DNA of 64,000 nt from contig JBBRRY010000005.1 in assembly GCA_038245905.1 (NCBI GenBank), forward strand, positions 32,001 through 96,000, in the 5' to 3' direction. The notes beneath the pieces are model-generated. The model did not search any database. It worked only from the letters and a program-made list of their open reading frames with translations, and was not told the DNA's origin. Shown piece after piece: positions 53,884-63,529 of this stretch (its first letter is position 1; each line of letters begins with the position of its first letter). Position numbers and translations under genes: made by a program. The stretch is from Thermoanaerobaculia bacterium. GTDB taxonomy: Bacteria > Acidobacteriota > Thermoanaerobaculia > UBA5066.

Positions 53884-55620
53884 CTACTTCCCCGCCGCCG
53901 TGCCGTAGCCGCGCGGGTCGGCGACCGCCGTGAGCGTGCCGTCCTTCTCGAACGCGATCGCGTGGACGCGGCCGAGCATTCCCCCCGTGTAGAGCGTGCC
54001 GCGCTCGTCGAGGGCGTGCCCCTTCGCGCGAAGGGCGGCCCTTACGTCCTCGGGGAACGCGTCCCGCTCCAGCTCGATCCGGTCCGGGAGGTGCTGGTGG
54101 TGAAACCGTCGTGCGGCGACGGCTTCCGCGAGAGGCTCGCCGCGGCGCGCCGCATTCAGGTAGACCTGTAGGACCGTCGTCGGAATCGTGCCGCCGCCCG
54201 GAGACCCGAGGACGAGCCGCGGACGGCCGTCCTCGAGGACGAGGAGCGGCGTCATGGACGAGAGCGGCCGTGCTCCCGCGCGCACCGCGTTCGACTCGCC
54301 CTGCACGAGCCCGTAGGCGTTCGCGACGCCCGGCTCCACGGCAAAGTCGTCCATCTCATTGTTCAGGACGACGCCGACGCCGGGCACGACGGTCCGGTTC
54401 CCGAACGTGTCGTTGAGCGTGTACGTGAACGCGACGGCCCCACCGTCTGCCGTGGCGGTCGAGAGGTGCGTCGTCTGGTCCGGGTCGCGCGGCCAGGCCC
54501 CTCCCGCGATCGACGAGGACGGAGTCGCGCGGGTAGGGTCGATCGAGAACCCGAGCGCCGCGAGCCTTGCCGGCGCGAGGAGCGACGCGAGCGGTACGTC
54601 GACGCAGAGAGGGTCGCCGAGGAACCGATTGCGGTCCGCGTAGGCGCGGCGCTCGGCCTCGGCGACGAGATGAATCGACTCGACCGCGTCCCGGTCGTCG
54701 ATCGCGCCCCGGACGAAGCGGAGTTGACCGAGGATCGACGCAAGGAGGAAACCCCCTGACGACGGCAGCGGCATCGTCACGAGGCGGAAGCGCCCGTCGT
54801 CGAAGACGAATGGCGGCCGCCACTCGGGCCGGTAGCCTGCGAGGTCCTCCTCGGTGAGAACGCCGCCCGTCTCCCGCACGAACGCCGCGATCCGGCGCGC
54901 GAGGTCGCCTCGATGGAACCCGTCGGCACCCTTCGTGGCAATCGTCTCGAGCGTCTTCGCGAGATTCTCCTGCACGAGGAGCGCGCCCGCCGGAAGCGGC
55001 TTGCCTCCGCGCAGAAACAGCCTCGAAGCCTCGGCGTCCCGCCCGAGGTCCGCCGCATAGTCCGCGAGGAGCTTCGCGAGGCCCTCCGGGACGCGGAAGC
55101 CCTCGCGCGCGAGACGCACGGCCGGCGCGACGAGGCGGGGCCACGGGAGCTTCCCGTAGCGCCGATGGAGGGCCTCGAGGCCGCGCACCGTGCCCGGCGT
55201 TCCGACCGAGAGGCCGCCGCGCGTCGAGGCGCCGCGGCGCGCCTTCCGGTCCGGGCCGAGGAAGCTGTCTCTCCACGTACCCGCGGGCGCAGTCTCGCGG
55301 AAGTCGAGCGCCCAGATCTCGCCACTCGGCGTCCGGCCGACGGCAAAGCCCCCTCCGGCGAGGTTTCCTGCGGGAGGGTAGGTCACGGCAAGCGCGAACG
55401 CAGTTGCGACCGCCGCATCCACGGCGTTGCCGCCCGCCGCGAGGACCGCCGCGCCGGCCAGGGTCGCCTCCGGCGTCGCGGACGCGACGGCGCCCTGCCG
55501 CGAGTGCGCCGTCTTCGCTTCACCGAAGGGAGCGGACGCGGAGGGCTGCCCGCCCGTCGCGGCCAGCACGGCGGGCACGGACACGAGCAGAGCGAGACCG
55601 GATGCGAGACGGGCGCGCAT
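53884..55620 (-). CDS. ggt: Gamma-glutamyltransferase
   Basis: GGNAVDAAVA, LDFRETAP, nucleophile TTH, LNNEMDDF, PLSSMTP, GSPGG, ADPR. Confidence 0.96.
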   Translation of the reverse strand: MRARLASGLALLVSVPAVLAATGGQPSASAPFGEAKTAHSRQGAVASATPEATLAGAAVLAAGGNAVDAAVATAFALAVTYPPAGNLAGGGFAVGRTPSGEIWALDFRETAPAGTWRDSFLGPDRKARRGASTRGGLSVGTPGTVRGLEALHRRYGKLPWPRLVAPAVRLAREGFRVPEGLAKLLADYAADLGRDAEASRLFLRGGKPLPAGALLVQENLAKTLETIATKGADGFHRGDLARRIAAFVRETGGVLTEEDLAGYRPEWRPPFVFDDGRFRLVTMPLPSSGGFLLASILGQLRFVRGAIDDRDAVESIHLVAEAERRAYADRNRFLGDPLCVDVPLASLLAPARLAALGFSIDPTRATPSSSIAGGAWPRDPDQTTHLSTATADGGAVAFTYTLNDTFGNRTVVPGVGVVLNNEMDDFAVEPGVANAYGLVQGESNAVRAGARPLSSMTPLLVLEDGRPRLVLGSPGGGTIPTTVLQVYLNAARRGEPLAEAVAARRFHHQHLPDRIELERDAFPEDVRAALRAKGHALDERGTLYTGGMLGRVHAIAFEKDGTLTAVADPRGYGTAAGK

Positions 55621-55629
55621 TTGTGGAGC

Positions 55630-58416
55630 CTAGCGCAGGACGACGGTCAGGTTCTTCAAGGCGTCCACGTCGAGCACGAGGGTCCGGCCGTCGCTTGAGA
55701 GCGTGAGAGGAACGACCTTGTACTGGTTGACGCTCCGATCCGTGGCAATGACCCAGGCCTTGAACTCGGCCAGCCCAGATGGCACTTCGATCTCACCATC
55801 GAGGCTTCCGCCGCCCGACTTCCGACCGAAATCGAACGTACGCCGAAACACCTCGACGTCATTGCGGCGCAACATCACGTAGCCCTGCGGCGTCGGGACC
55901 GTCAGGGCGATGCGCAACCGGACGCGAGCGGGTGTCGGCCCAACGGTCGGAGCAACGGTTTCGATTCGGGGCGCCACAGCCACCGGCTCTGGAGCGGCTG
56001 TCGGCGGAGCCACGGGCTTCGCGGCCGCCTTCATCGAGCGGATTTGATCCGCAGCCCTCTTCTGGGCGGCGCGTCCCTGCTTCGCAACTTCCGCGAGAGC
56101 CGCTGCCTTGAGCTCCCGCGCTTCCACCGAGTCGGGAACGAGGGCGAGGATCGCGTCCGCTTCCACGACGACGCGCGGGAAGTCATTCGCTTCGCGAGCC
56201 TCGCGCGCCACCGCGAGGCGCGCGCCGGCTTCCGCGGCGCGCCGGTCCTGGTCGTCCTTCTTCGCGAGAGCAGCTTCCGCTTTTTCGAGGGCGGCGCGGC
56301 CGGCCGCAGACTCGGGCGCCTGCCGCACGAGATCGAGGAAGGCAGCCCGCGCCTCGGCCGGGCGCCCTTCGGCCAGCGCGCGTGTGCCGTCATCGAGAAG
56401 CTTCTTCCGAGCCAGCGTGTCCCGTTCCGCGGCTTCGTCCGGAGCCTTGCCCGCGACGGCGCAACCGCGCTGGAGGAGAAGGCCCACGGTCACGGCGGCG
56501 ATGAGCACGGCGACGCCCACGGTCAGGTAGACGAAGCGGCGGTTGACCTCGCGCTTAAGGATGTCGGGCACCTTCTCGGAGCCGGACGGCGCACCGGGCC
56601 CGGAGAGAGCCGTCACGGGACCCGTGATGTCGCGACCGGGCGCGCGGGCAGCGGTGGCCGCGGGCCGGCTCCCGAGGGGACGCGCCGGCGGCCCGGCGAG
56701 AGCGGCGGAAGGACGAATCGGTTCCGTGACGTCCCGGCCTGTCTTGGCGATCCGGGGCGCCCCGCCCGGGGAGTCCGGGACCGGAACGGGCGGAACCGGC
56801 CGCGAGAGCGTGGGCGTGGTGGGCGGGCCCGGGGCCGGGACGGGCGCTGCGGGTCGCGCCGGGGGCCGCATTGGCGAGACCGGTGGCGGAGGCGCCCCCC
56901 CGGAGGGCAGGGGGATGACCGAGGCGGGCGTCTGGGGCGGCGGCAGGCTTCGGGCGGGGGGCGAGGACACTATGGTGACGGCGGGAGGCGCGTTCCGGAG
57001 GGGCTCCTTTGGCGCGGAGCCAACCGGCGACGGAAGCGTTTGAATCCGCTCCGTGAGCTGCGAGAGCACATCACCCCTGCTCTCCTTGACGACGGTGGCG
57101 GCCGCCGATGGGTCCGCCGGACGCTCGGGCGGACGGATGCGCCCGCTGTCACGGTCCGTCGCCGGCTTCACACCGCGCTGCACTTCGGAGACGAGAGTGC
57201 CCGGCGAGGAGGGCGGGGGCTCGTGCACCTCGTCCTCCTCGCGCCCCTTCACGGAGTTCGGCCTCAGGGCGTCCGTGTCCAGACTCCAATCGGGGCCCGA
57301 GCCGCCGATCCCGTGACCGGGGCTCGGGACTGCCGCGAGCGACGGGTCGAGGTCGCTCCGCCCGCGCCGGGCGAGATCCTCGAGCGTCGTTTTTCCGCCA
57401 CCGAGGGGACCCGGTGCGGACGGGCGCGCGAGCGGACCGGAAGGAATGGGCGTCCTCGACCCGGAGGACGCGCGGCTCTCCTGGGACTCCACGGCCGAGA
57501 CCGGCCCGAGCCGCTCGGCCTGCGCGACCATCTCGCCCAGGTCCTTCAGCATCTCCATTTCGGCGTTCCGCGCCCGGAATTCGGACAGCGCCTGGACGAA
57601 GTCTTTCCCGCTCTGGAACCGGGCGGCGGGATCCTTCGCGAGCGCGCGCGCCAGGATCGGGTTGAACTCCGCCGGGATCGCGGCGTCGTACGTTTGCGCC
57701 GACGGGTATTCCTCGTGGACGATCTTGTACGAGATCGAGGTGAGGTTGTCGCCGGCGAACGGCTTCTTCTTCGTCAGGAGCTCGTACAGGACGACGCCGA
57801 GCGAGAAGAGATCGCTGCGCCCGTCCACGACCTCTCCGGTCACCTGCTCGGGAGACATGTAATTCGGCGTCCCGAGGAATTGCCCGGTGGCCGTCAGACT
57901 CGAGCTGTTGATCTTCGCGATCCCGAAGTCCGTGATCTTCACGGTGCCGTCGTTCGTGAGGATGATGTTGGCCGGCTTCACGTCGCGATGCACGATGCCG
58001 CGGCGGTGCGCGTAGTCGAGGGCGTCCCCGACGCTCGTCACGATCTCGGCGACCCGGTCGTACGAGAGCGAGACCTTGTCCTTCAGGATCTGCTTGAGGT
58101 TCTTGCCCTCGACGTACTCCATCGCGATGAAGGACGTCCCGGTCTCCACCTCCTCACCGACGTCGTGGATCGTCACGATATTCGGGTGGGACAGCGTTCC
58201 CGCCGCCTGCGCCTCTCTGAGAAAGCGCTCCGTGAACTCGCGGGTCTCCGAGTCGTCTTCGCCTGTGGCCCGGATCGTCTTCAGCGCGACGCGCCGGCCG
58301 ATCACGGGATCGCGTCCGAGGAACACGACGCCCATCGCGCCCTTGCCAAGCTCGCGCTCGACCTCGTAACGCGCGAACTTTCTGGGCAGGTTGGGCGAAA
58401 TCGGATCGGGCGGCAG
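55630..58416 (-). CDS. Hanks-type Ser/Thr kinase with Pro-rich linker, TM helix and TPR-like extracytoplasmic region
   Basis: LGKGAMG, VALK, HRDVKPAN, DFG, GTPNYMSPE, DLFSLG; no canonical start upstream of the Gly loop, so CTG 58416 proposed. Confidence 0.9.
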   Translation of the reverse strand: MPPDPISPNLPRKFARYEVERELGKGAMGVVFLGRDPVIGRRVALKTIRATGEDDSETREFTERFLREAQAAGTLSHPNIVTIHDVGEEVETGTSFIAMEYVEGKNLKQILKDKVSLSYDRVAEIVTSVGDALDYAHRRGIVHRDVKPANIILTNDGTVKITDFGIAKINSSSLTATGQFLGTPNYMSPEQVTGEVVDGRSDLFSLGVVLYELLTKKKPFAGDNLTSISYKIVHEEYPSAQTYDAAIPAEFNPILARALAKDPAARFQSGKDFVQALSEFRARNAEMEMLKDLGEMVAQAERLGPVSAVESQESRASSGSRTPIPSGPLARPSAPGPLGGGKTTLEDLARRGRSDLDPSLAAVPSPGHGIGGSGPDWSLDTDALRPNSVKGREEDEVHEPPPSSPGTLVSEVQRGVKPATDRDSGRIRPPERPADPSAAATVVKESRGDVLSQLTERIQTLPSPVGSAPKEPLRNAPPAVTIVSSPPARSLPPPQTPASVIPLPSGGAPPPPVSPMRPPARPAAPVPAPGPPTTPTLSRPVPPVPVPDSPGGAPRIAKTGRDVTEPIRPSAALAGPPARPLGSRPAATAARAPGRDITGPVTALSGPGAPSGSEKVPDILKREVNRRFVYLTVGVAVLIAAVTVGLLLQRGCAVAGKAPDEAAERDTLARKKLLDDGTRALAEGRPAEARAAFLDLVRQAPESAAGRAALEKAEAALAKKDDQDRRAAEAGARLAVAREAREANDFPRVVVEADAILALVPDSVEARELKAAALAEVAKQGRAAQKRAADQIRSMKAAAKPVAPPTAAPEPVAVAPRIETVAPTVGPTPARVRLRIALTVPTPQGYVMLRRNDVEVFRRTFDFGRKSGGGSLDGEIEVPSGLAEFKAWVIATDRSVNQYKVVPLTLSSDGRTLVLDVDALKNLTVVLR

Positions 58417-58550
58417 ACAACCTCCATGCCTGCGCCCACGCGCAGGTGACCCGGGGGTCAGCCCCCGGGGATTCTGAAATTCTAGCAGTCACGCGGGAAG
58501 GTGACCGCCTATAATTCCAGCCCCGAAACGAAAATCCGGAGGGTCACCGA

Positions 58551-60641
58551 ATGAAGGTTTACCCCGCTTCCGCCATCCACAACGTCGCCGTCGTCGGGCA
58601 CAACGGCGTCGGAAAGACGACGCTTGTTTCCGCTCTCCTGCACGAGGCCGGCGCGACGCCGCGCTTCGGACGCGTGGAAGAGGGCAACACGCCGACCGAT
58701 TTCGACCCGGAGGAGATCGAGCGAAAAATCTCGATCTCGCTCGCGGTCGCGTCGCTCGAGTGGAAGAAGAAGAAGGTCAACCTCATCGACACGCCCGGCT
58801 ATGGCATCTTCGTCTCGGAGATGATCTGTGGCCTGAAGGCGGCCGATGCCGCGCTCCTCGTCGTGGACGCCGTCGCCGGAGTCCAGGTCCAGACCGAGAA
58901 AGCCTGGAAGCTGTGCGACGAGCTCGGGTTACCGCGTCTCGTGGTCGTCAACCGCATGGACCGCGAGAACGCGGACGGCGGCCGCGTGATGGAGCAGCTC
59001 GCCCGGAAATTCGGCCGCACCTGCGTCTGCCTCGAGGCGCCCATCGGACGCGAGAAGTCGTTCCGGGGCGTCATCGACCTCGTCGCGATGGAGGGCTATC
59101 TGACGGACGCCGCCGGGAAGACGGCTGCCGGTGCCATTCCCGAAGAGTTCGCGAAGGACGCGGCGGCCCTGCACGAAGCGCTCGTCGAGATGGTGGCCGA
59201 AGGCGATGACAAGCTCATGGAGACTTTCTTCGCTCAGGGCAACCTTTCCGAGGAGCAGATGAAGCCCGCCCTCCAGAAGGCGATCCGCGACCGGAAGATC
59301 ACGCCCGTCCTGTTCACGGCGAGCGGAGACCACGAGACGGGAGTCGAGAAGCTCCTCGACGAGATCGTCGACCTGCTTCCAACCGCCGACTCGTTCCAGA
59401 CGGTTGCCGTCAACAAGGCCGGGGCGAGCGAGGCGCTCGCCGCCGATCCGTCCGGCGCGCCGGCCGCGTTCGTCTTCAAGACGATCTCCGACCCGTACGC
59501 GGGCCGCCTGACGCTCTTCCGCGTCGTCTCGGGCACGTTCAAGAGCGACGGGACGTACATGAATCCGACACGCGAGACGCCCGAGCGCTTCGGGCAGGTC
59601 TTCTCACCCCTCGGAAAGGCGATGCAGAACGTGCCCGAGATTCCCGCGGGCGATATCGGAGGCGTCGCGAAGCTCAAGGAGACGCTCACGGGGGATTCCC
59701 TCTCCCTGAAGGAGAAGCCCCTCGTCTTCGCACCGCCGTCCTTTCCGGAGCCCGCGATCGCCTTCGCGATCGAGCCGAAGTCCAAGGGCGACGAGGACAA
59801 GATTTCCGTCGCGCTCCACAAGCTCATCGAGGAAGACCCGTCCCTGCACTTCTCGCGGGACATGGACACGCACGACTTCCTCCTCGCAGGCGCCGGGCAG
59901 CTCCACGTCGAGATCGCCATCGCGCGCATGAAGAGAAAGAGCGGAGTCGAGGTCATCCTCCACCCGCCCAAGGTCCCGTACCGGGAGACGATCACGCGTC
60001 CGGCCGAAGGGCACGGCCGCCACAAGAAACAGACGGGCGGGCACGGCCAGTTCGCGGACTGCAAGATCCGTATCAAACCGCTCGCGCGCGGCGAGGATTT
60101 CGAGTTCGTCGACGACCTCTACGGCGGCTCGATTCCGCGCAACTACGTACCCGCCGTGGAGAAGGGAATCCAGGACGTTAGAAAGCGCGGCTTCCTCGCC
60201 GGCTTCCCGATGGTCGACTTCCGCGTCGAGCTCTACGACGGGCAGTACCACGACGTCGACTCTTCGGAAATGGCTTTCAAGATCGCCGGCTCGCTCGCGT
60301 ACAAGGACGCCATGGAGAGGGCGAGGCCGACCATCCTCGAGCCCATCATGAAAATCGCGATCCGCGCGCCCCAGGAATATATGGGCGACCTCATGGGCGA
60401 CCTCACGTCGCGCCGCGGACGCCCCGCCGGCATGGATCAGGAGGGTGACGACTCCATCATCCGCGCCGAAGCGCCGCTCGCCGAGATGATCTCGTACGGG
60501 TCGATCCTTCGGGCCATCACGCAGGGTCGCGGCTCGTTCCACATGGAGATGGGCCACTACGAGGAGGTCCCGCGCCTCCTCCAGGACAAGCTCATCGCCG
60601 AGCGCGCGAAAAACCGCAAGGTGGAGGTCGTCGAGGAGTAG
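58551..60641 (+). CDS. fusA: Elongation factor G paralogue (EF-G2)
   Basis: GHNGVGKTT, DTPGY, NRMD, KKQTGGHGQF, HDVDSSEMAF; outside the str operon; TATAAT at 58510. Confidence 0.93.
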   Translation: MKVYPASAIHNVAVVGHNGVGKTTLVSALLHEAGATPRFGRVEEGNTPTDFDPEEIERKISISLAVASLEWKKKKVNLIDTPGYGIFVSEMICGLKAADAALLVVDAVAGVQVQTEKAWKLCDELGLPRLVVVNRMDRENADGGRVMEQLARKFGRTCVCLEAPIGREKSFRGVIDLVAMEGYLTDAAGKTAAGAIPEEFAKDAAALHEALVEMVAEGDDKLMETFFAQGNLSEEQMKPALQKAIRDRKITPVLFTASGDHETGVEKLLDEIVDLLPTADSFQTVAVNKAGASEALAADPSGAPAAFVFKTISDPYAGRLTLFRVVSGTFKSDGTYMNPTRETPERFGQVFSPLGKAMQNVPEIPAGDIGGVAKLKETLTGDSLSLKEKPLVFAPPSFPEPAIAFAIEPKSKGDEDKISVALHKLIEEDPSLHFSRDMDTHDFLLAGAGQLHVEIAIARMKRKSGVEVILHPPKVPYRETITRPAEGHGRHKKQTGGHGQFADCKIRIKPLARGEDFEFVDDLYGGSIPRNYVPAVEKGIQDVRKRGFLAGFPMVDFRVELYDGQYHDVDSSEMAFKIAGSLAYKDAMERARPTILEPIMKIAIRAPQEYMGDLMGDLTSRRGRPAGMDQEGDDSIIRAEAPLAEMISYGSILRAITQGRGSFHMEMGHYEEVPRLLQDKLIAERAKNRKVEVVEE

Positions 60642-60644
60642 GGA

Positions 60645-61040
60645 TCAGCTCAGCCGAGTAATACCCGGGTGTCCGTCGAATCCTGCGTCGAAGGTCAGGA
60701 TCTCACTCACGCCCTGCTCCTCCATGACCGCGAGGTGCAGGGCGTCACGGGCCGAGAGCTTCCGGCGCGCGAGAACGATGGACTTCGCGTGATTCGCCGC
60801 GGAGATATGGATCGGGAAGACCTCATCGACGACCGCTAGAAGAGCATCGAAAGCCAGTTGGATCATGTCCCGGCGGTCGATCGCTACGTACCGGTGCAGG
60901 ATCTCCTGAAGGACCTCGACGTCGGTCACGAGGCGGCGCCGCTCGGCGATGAGTTGTTCCACGAGCTGCTGCGCGTCCACCTTGTGGGGATGGGCGGCGC
61001 CTACGAGGTACATCGGGATGTTCGAGTCGACGAAGATCAC
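60645..61040 (-). CDS. vapC: VapC PIN-domain toxin
   Basis: IFVDSNIPMY, EVLQEILHRY, SARDALHLAVM, ILTFDAGFD; GTGA overlap with the antitoxin. Confidence 0.92.
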   Translation of the reverse strand: MIFVDSNIPMYLVGAAHPHKVDAQQLVEQLIAERRRLVTDVEVLQEILHRYVAIDRRDMIQLAFDALLAVVDEVFPIHISAANHAKSIVLARRKLSARDALHLAVMEEQGVSEILTFDAGFDGHPGITRLS

Positions 61041-61288
61041 TCGCCCGATCCGTAGCCCTTCTCGATCTCGGCGAGCATCTGCCCGATGTCTGCTGTCGGC
61101 CCTTGGTGCTTCACGGCACGTCGGATCGCGGCGAGCTTCTCGGCGACGTCGCCGACCGGCTCCTTCCGACGCGCTTCGCGAAGCGCGCCCCGCACCCACT
61201 CGGCTACGGTCATGCGCTTCGCGCGCGCGGCGCGCTGGATCTCGCGGATCTCGGGCTCTTCGAGAAGTACCTGCAGACGCTTACTCAT
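61037..61288 (-). CDS. vapB: RHH-type antitoxin
   Basis: MSKRLQVLL..MTVAEWVR.AL; directly upstream of vapC. Confidence 0.85.
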   Translation of the reverse strand: MSKRLQVLLEEPEIREIQRAARAKRMTVAEWVRGALREARRKEPVGDVAEKLAAIRRAVKHQGPTADIGQMLAEIEKGYGSGE

Positions 61289-61320
61289 CATCATGAGTCT
61301 ATCAGACTGTTACTATGAGT
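61283..61320. promoter_or_regulatory. Probable TA autoregulatory operator
   Basis: ACTCAT-CATC-ATGAGT palindrome over the start codon, second ATGAGT half-site at 61315, minus-strand TG-A-TAGACT extended -10. Confidence 0.6.
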
Positions 61321-61435
61321 GTCGTCTCGTCTGACCCCTCAACCCACTGCTCCTCGCCGCGCTTTTCCGCCCTGATCAGCCCGCATCATGGCGGCCGGGC
61401 ACGCACTCGGGCGACCCTAGTTTCGAGGTTTGCCC

Positions 61436-62740
61436 ATGTCGATCGCCACGGCCGGGGAGGATCTCCTCGGTAACCTGATCGCGGACGGGAGCATTTCGCG
61501 CCCGTCCGCTCCCGCGCCCGAAACCCTGTGGAATCAGCGCTTCGCGCAGAGAACGCAGCGCATCACGGCCTCGATGATCCGCGAGCTCCTCAAGCTCACG
61601 GAACAGCCCGACATCATCTCCTTCGCCGGCGGCCTGCCCGCGCCCGAGGTGTTCCCCGTCGAGGAGATCCGCGCCGCGACCGAGCGCGTCCTCCGTGACA
61701 ACCCGACGACGGCCCTCCAGTACACGACGACCGAGGGCTACCGGCCGCTCCGCGAGCTCCTCGTCCGCCACATGAGCCGCTACGGCGTCGAGGTCAGGCC
61801 CGAGAACGTCCTCGTGACGTCCGGCTCGCAGCAGGCTCTGGACCTGATCGGGAAGCTTCTCATCAACCCCGGCGACCGCGTCCTGACCGAGGCTCCGACG
61901 TACCTCGGCGCCCTGCAGGCCTTCAACGCATACCAGGCTGACTACCTTCCCGTGCCGATCGACGACGACGGGATGAACGTCGACGCACTCGAGGAGCAAC
62001 TGCGGGGCGGGCCGAAGTTCGTGTACGCGCTCCCGAACTTTCAGAACCCCGCGGGCGTCACTCTCAGCATGGCGCGCCGCCGGCGCCTCGTCGAGCGGGC
62101 GGCTCACGTCGGGATCCCGATCGTCGAGGACGACCCGTACGGACAGCTCCGGTACGAAGGGGAGCATCTCCCGTCGCTCGTGAGGCTCGACGCCGAGACG
62201 CACGGCTGCGCGAACGGCGAGCGCGTGTTCACCGGCAACGTCCTCTACCTCTCGACGCTCTCGAAGACGCTCGCGCCAGGCCTCAGGGTGGCATGGGTCG
62301 TCGCCCCAGAGGTCGTCATCTCGAAGCTCGTCCAGATCAAGCAGGGCGCCGACCTTCACACCTCGACGTTCTGCCAATACGTCGCCTACGAGGCCGCCAA
62401 GGGCGGCTTCCTCGACAAGCACGTGCGCCGGATCCGGACGGTCTACGGCGAGCGCCGCGACGCGATGCTCCGCTCCCTCGACCGCCACGCGCCTCCAGGC
62501 GTGCGCTGGACGCGGCCGGGGGGGGGACTCTTTCTCTGGGCGACGCTGCCCGAAGGTTTCGACACTCTGAAGCTCCTCGACGAGGCGATCGCCGAAAAGG
62601 TCGCGTTCGTCCCCGGCTCCGCGTTCTACCCCTATGGCGGCGGCGAGCGGACGATGCGCCTGAACTTCTCCTACGCGGCGCCCGACGTCATCGAAGAGGG
62701 CATCAAGCGGCTTTCGCGTGTGATCGAGAGGAAGCTCTAA
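61436..62740 (+). CDS. PLP-dependent class I aminotransferase (LysN/Aro8-like)
   Basis: ISFAGGLP, SGSQQAL, PNFQNPAG, EDDPY, SKTLAPGLR, MRLNFS. Confidence 0.93.
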   Translation: MSIATAGEDLLGNLIADGSISRPSAPAPETLWNQRFAQRTQRITASMIRELLKLTEQPDIISFAGGLPAPEVFPVEEIRAATERVLRDNPTTALQYTTTEGYRPLRELLVRHMSRYGVEVRPENVLVTSGSQQALDLIGKLLINPGDRVLTEAPTYLGALQAFNAYQADYLPVPIDDDGMNVDALEEQLRGGPKFVYALPNFQNPAGVTLSMARRRRLVERAAHVGIPIVEDDPYGQLRYEGEHLPSLVRLDAETHGCANGERVFTGNVLYLSTLSKTLAPGLRVAWVVAPEVVISKLVQIKQGADLHTSTFCQYVAYEAAKGGFLDKHVRRIRTVYGERRDAMLRSLDRHAPPGVRWTRPGGGLFLWATLPEGFDTLKLLDEAIAEKVAFVPGSAFYPYGGGERTMRLNFSYAAPDVIEEGIKRLSRVIERKL

Positions 62741-62746
62741 CCGCGC

Positions 62747-63529
62747 TCAAGCCCCGTGAACGCCTTCCTTCGAGGAGGCGATGAAGTCGCGGAGAAACTT
62801 CACGTCGTCGGACGCCGCCGCGAGCGGGTCGAGACCCGCAAGGAGGGCGGCCTTGTCGTGGCGGTGCTTGTGGAGGATGCGGTAGGCCTTCTGGAGGGCT
62901 TGGACGCGCTCCTTCGAGAAGCCCTTGCGTTCGAGGCCGACCGCGTTGACCTTGTATGCCTTCACGTCGCGCTCGCCCGCGCTCCACAGGAACGGCAGCA
63001 CGTCGCGGTTCATCGTCGCGTAGGCTCCGACGAACGCGTGACGCCCGACCCGGATGAACTGACGCGCGCCCGCGTAGGCCCCGAGGACGACGTCGTCCTC
63101 CACCGTCGTATGACCGGCAAGCCCCGCGTAGTTCGCGAAGACGGTCCGGCTCCCGACGACACAGTCGTGGGCGACGTGGGTGTACGCCATGAAGAGGTTG
63201 TCGTCGCCGATCACGGTGGTCTTGTGACCCGTGACGGTGCCGCGGTGGATCGTGCAGAACTCACGGAAGACGTTCCGGTTGCCTATCACGAGCGTCGTCG
63301 GCTCGCCCTTGTACTTGAGGTCCTGCGGCGGCCCGCCGAGCGCGGCCAGCGGGAAGATCCGATTGTCCTCGCCGATCGTCGTGGGGCCCTCGATGACGGC
63401 GTGGGCGCCGACGGTCGTGCGCGCGCCGATCGTGACGTCGGCTCCGATGATCGCGTAGGGGCCGATGTCCGCGGTCGGATGGACGGAAGCCATCGGGTCC
63501 ACGACGGCGGTCGGGTGAATCGGCATCAC
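62747..63529 (-). CDS. lpxA: UDP-N-acetylglucosamine acyltransferase
   Basis: Hexapeptide repeats, PQDLKYKGE, REFCTIHRGT, HVAHDC, NAVGLERKGF. Confidence 0.95.
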   Translation of the reverse strand: MMPIHPTAVVDPMASVHPTADIGPYAIIGADVTIGARTTVGAHAVIEGPTTIGEDNRIFPLAALGGPPQDLKYKGEPTTLVIGNRNVFREFCTIHRGTVTGHKTTVIGDDNLFMAYTHVAHDCVVGSRTVFANYAGLAGHTTVEDDVVLGAYAGARQFIRVGRHAFVGAYATMNRDVLPFLWSAGERDVKAYKVNAVGLERKGFSKERVQALQKAYRILHKHRHDKAALLAGLDPLAAASDDVKFLRDFIASSKEGVHGA

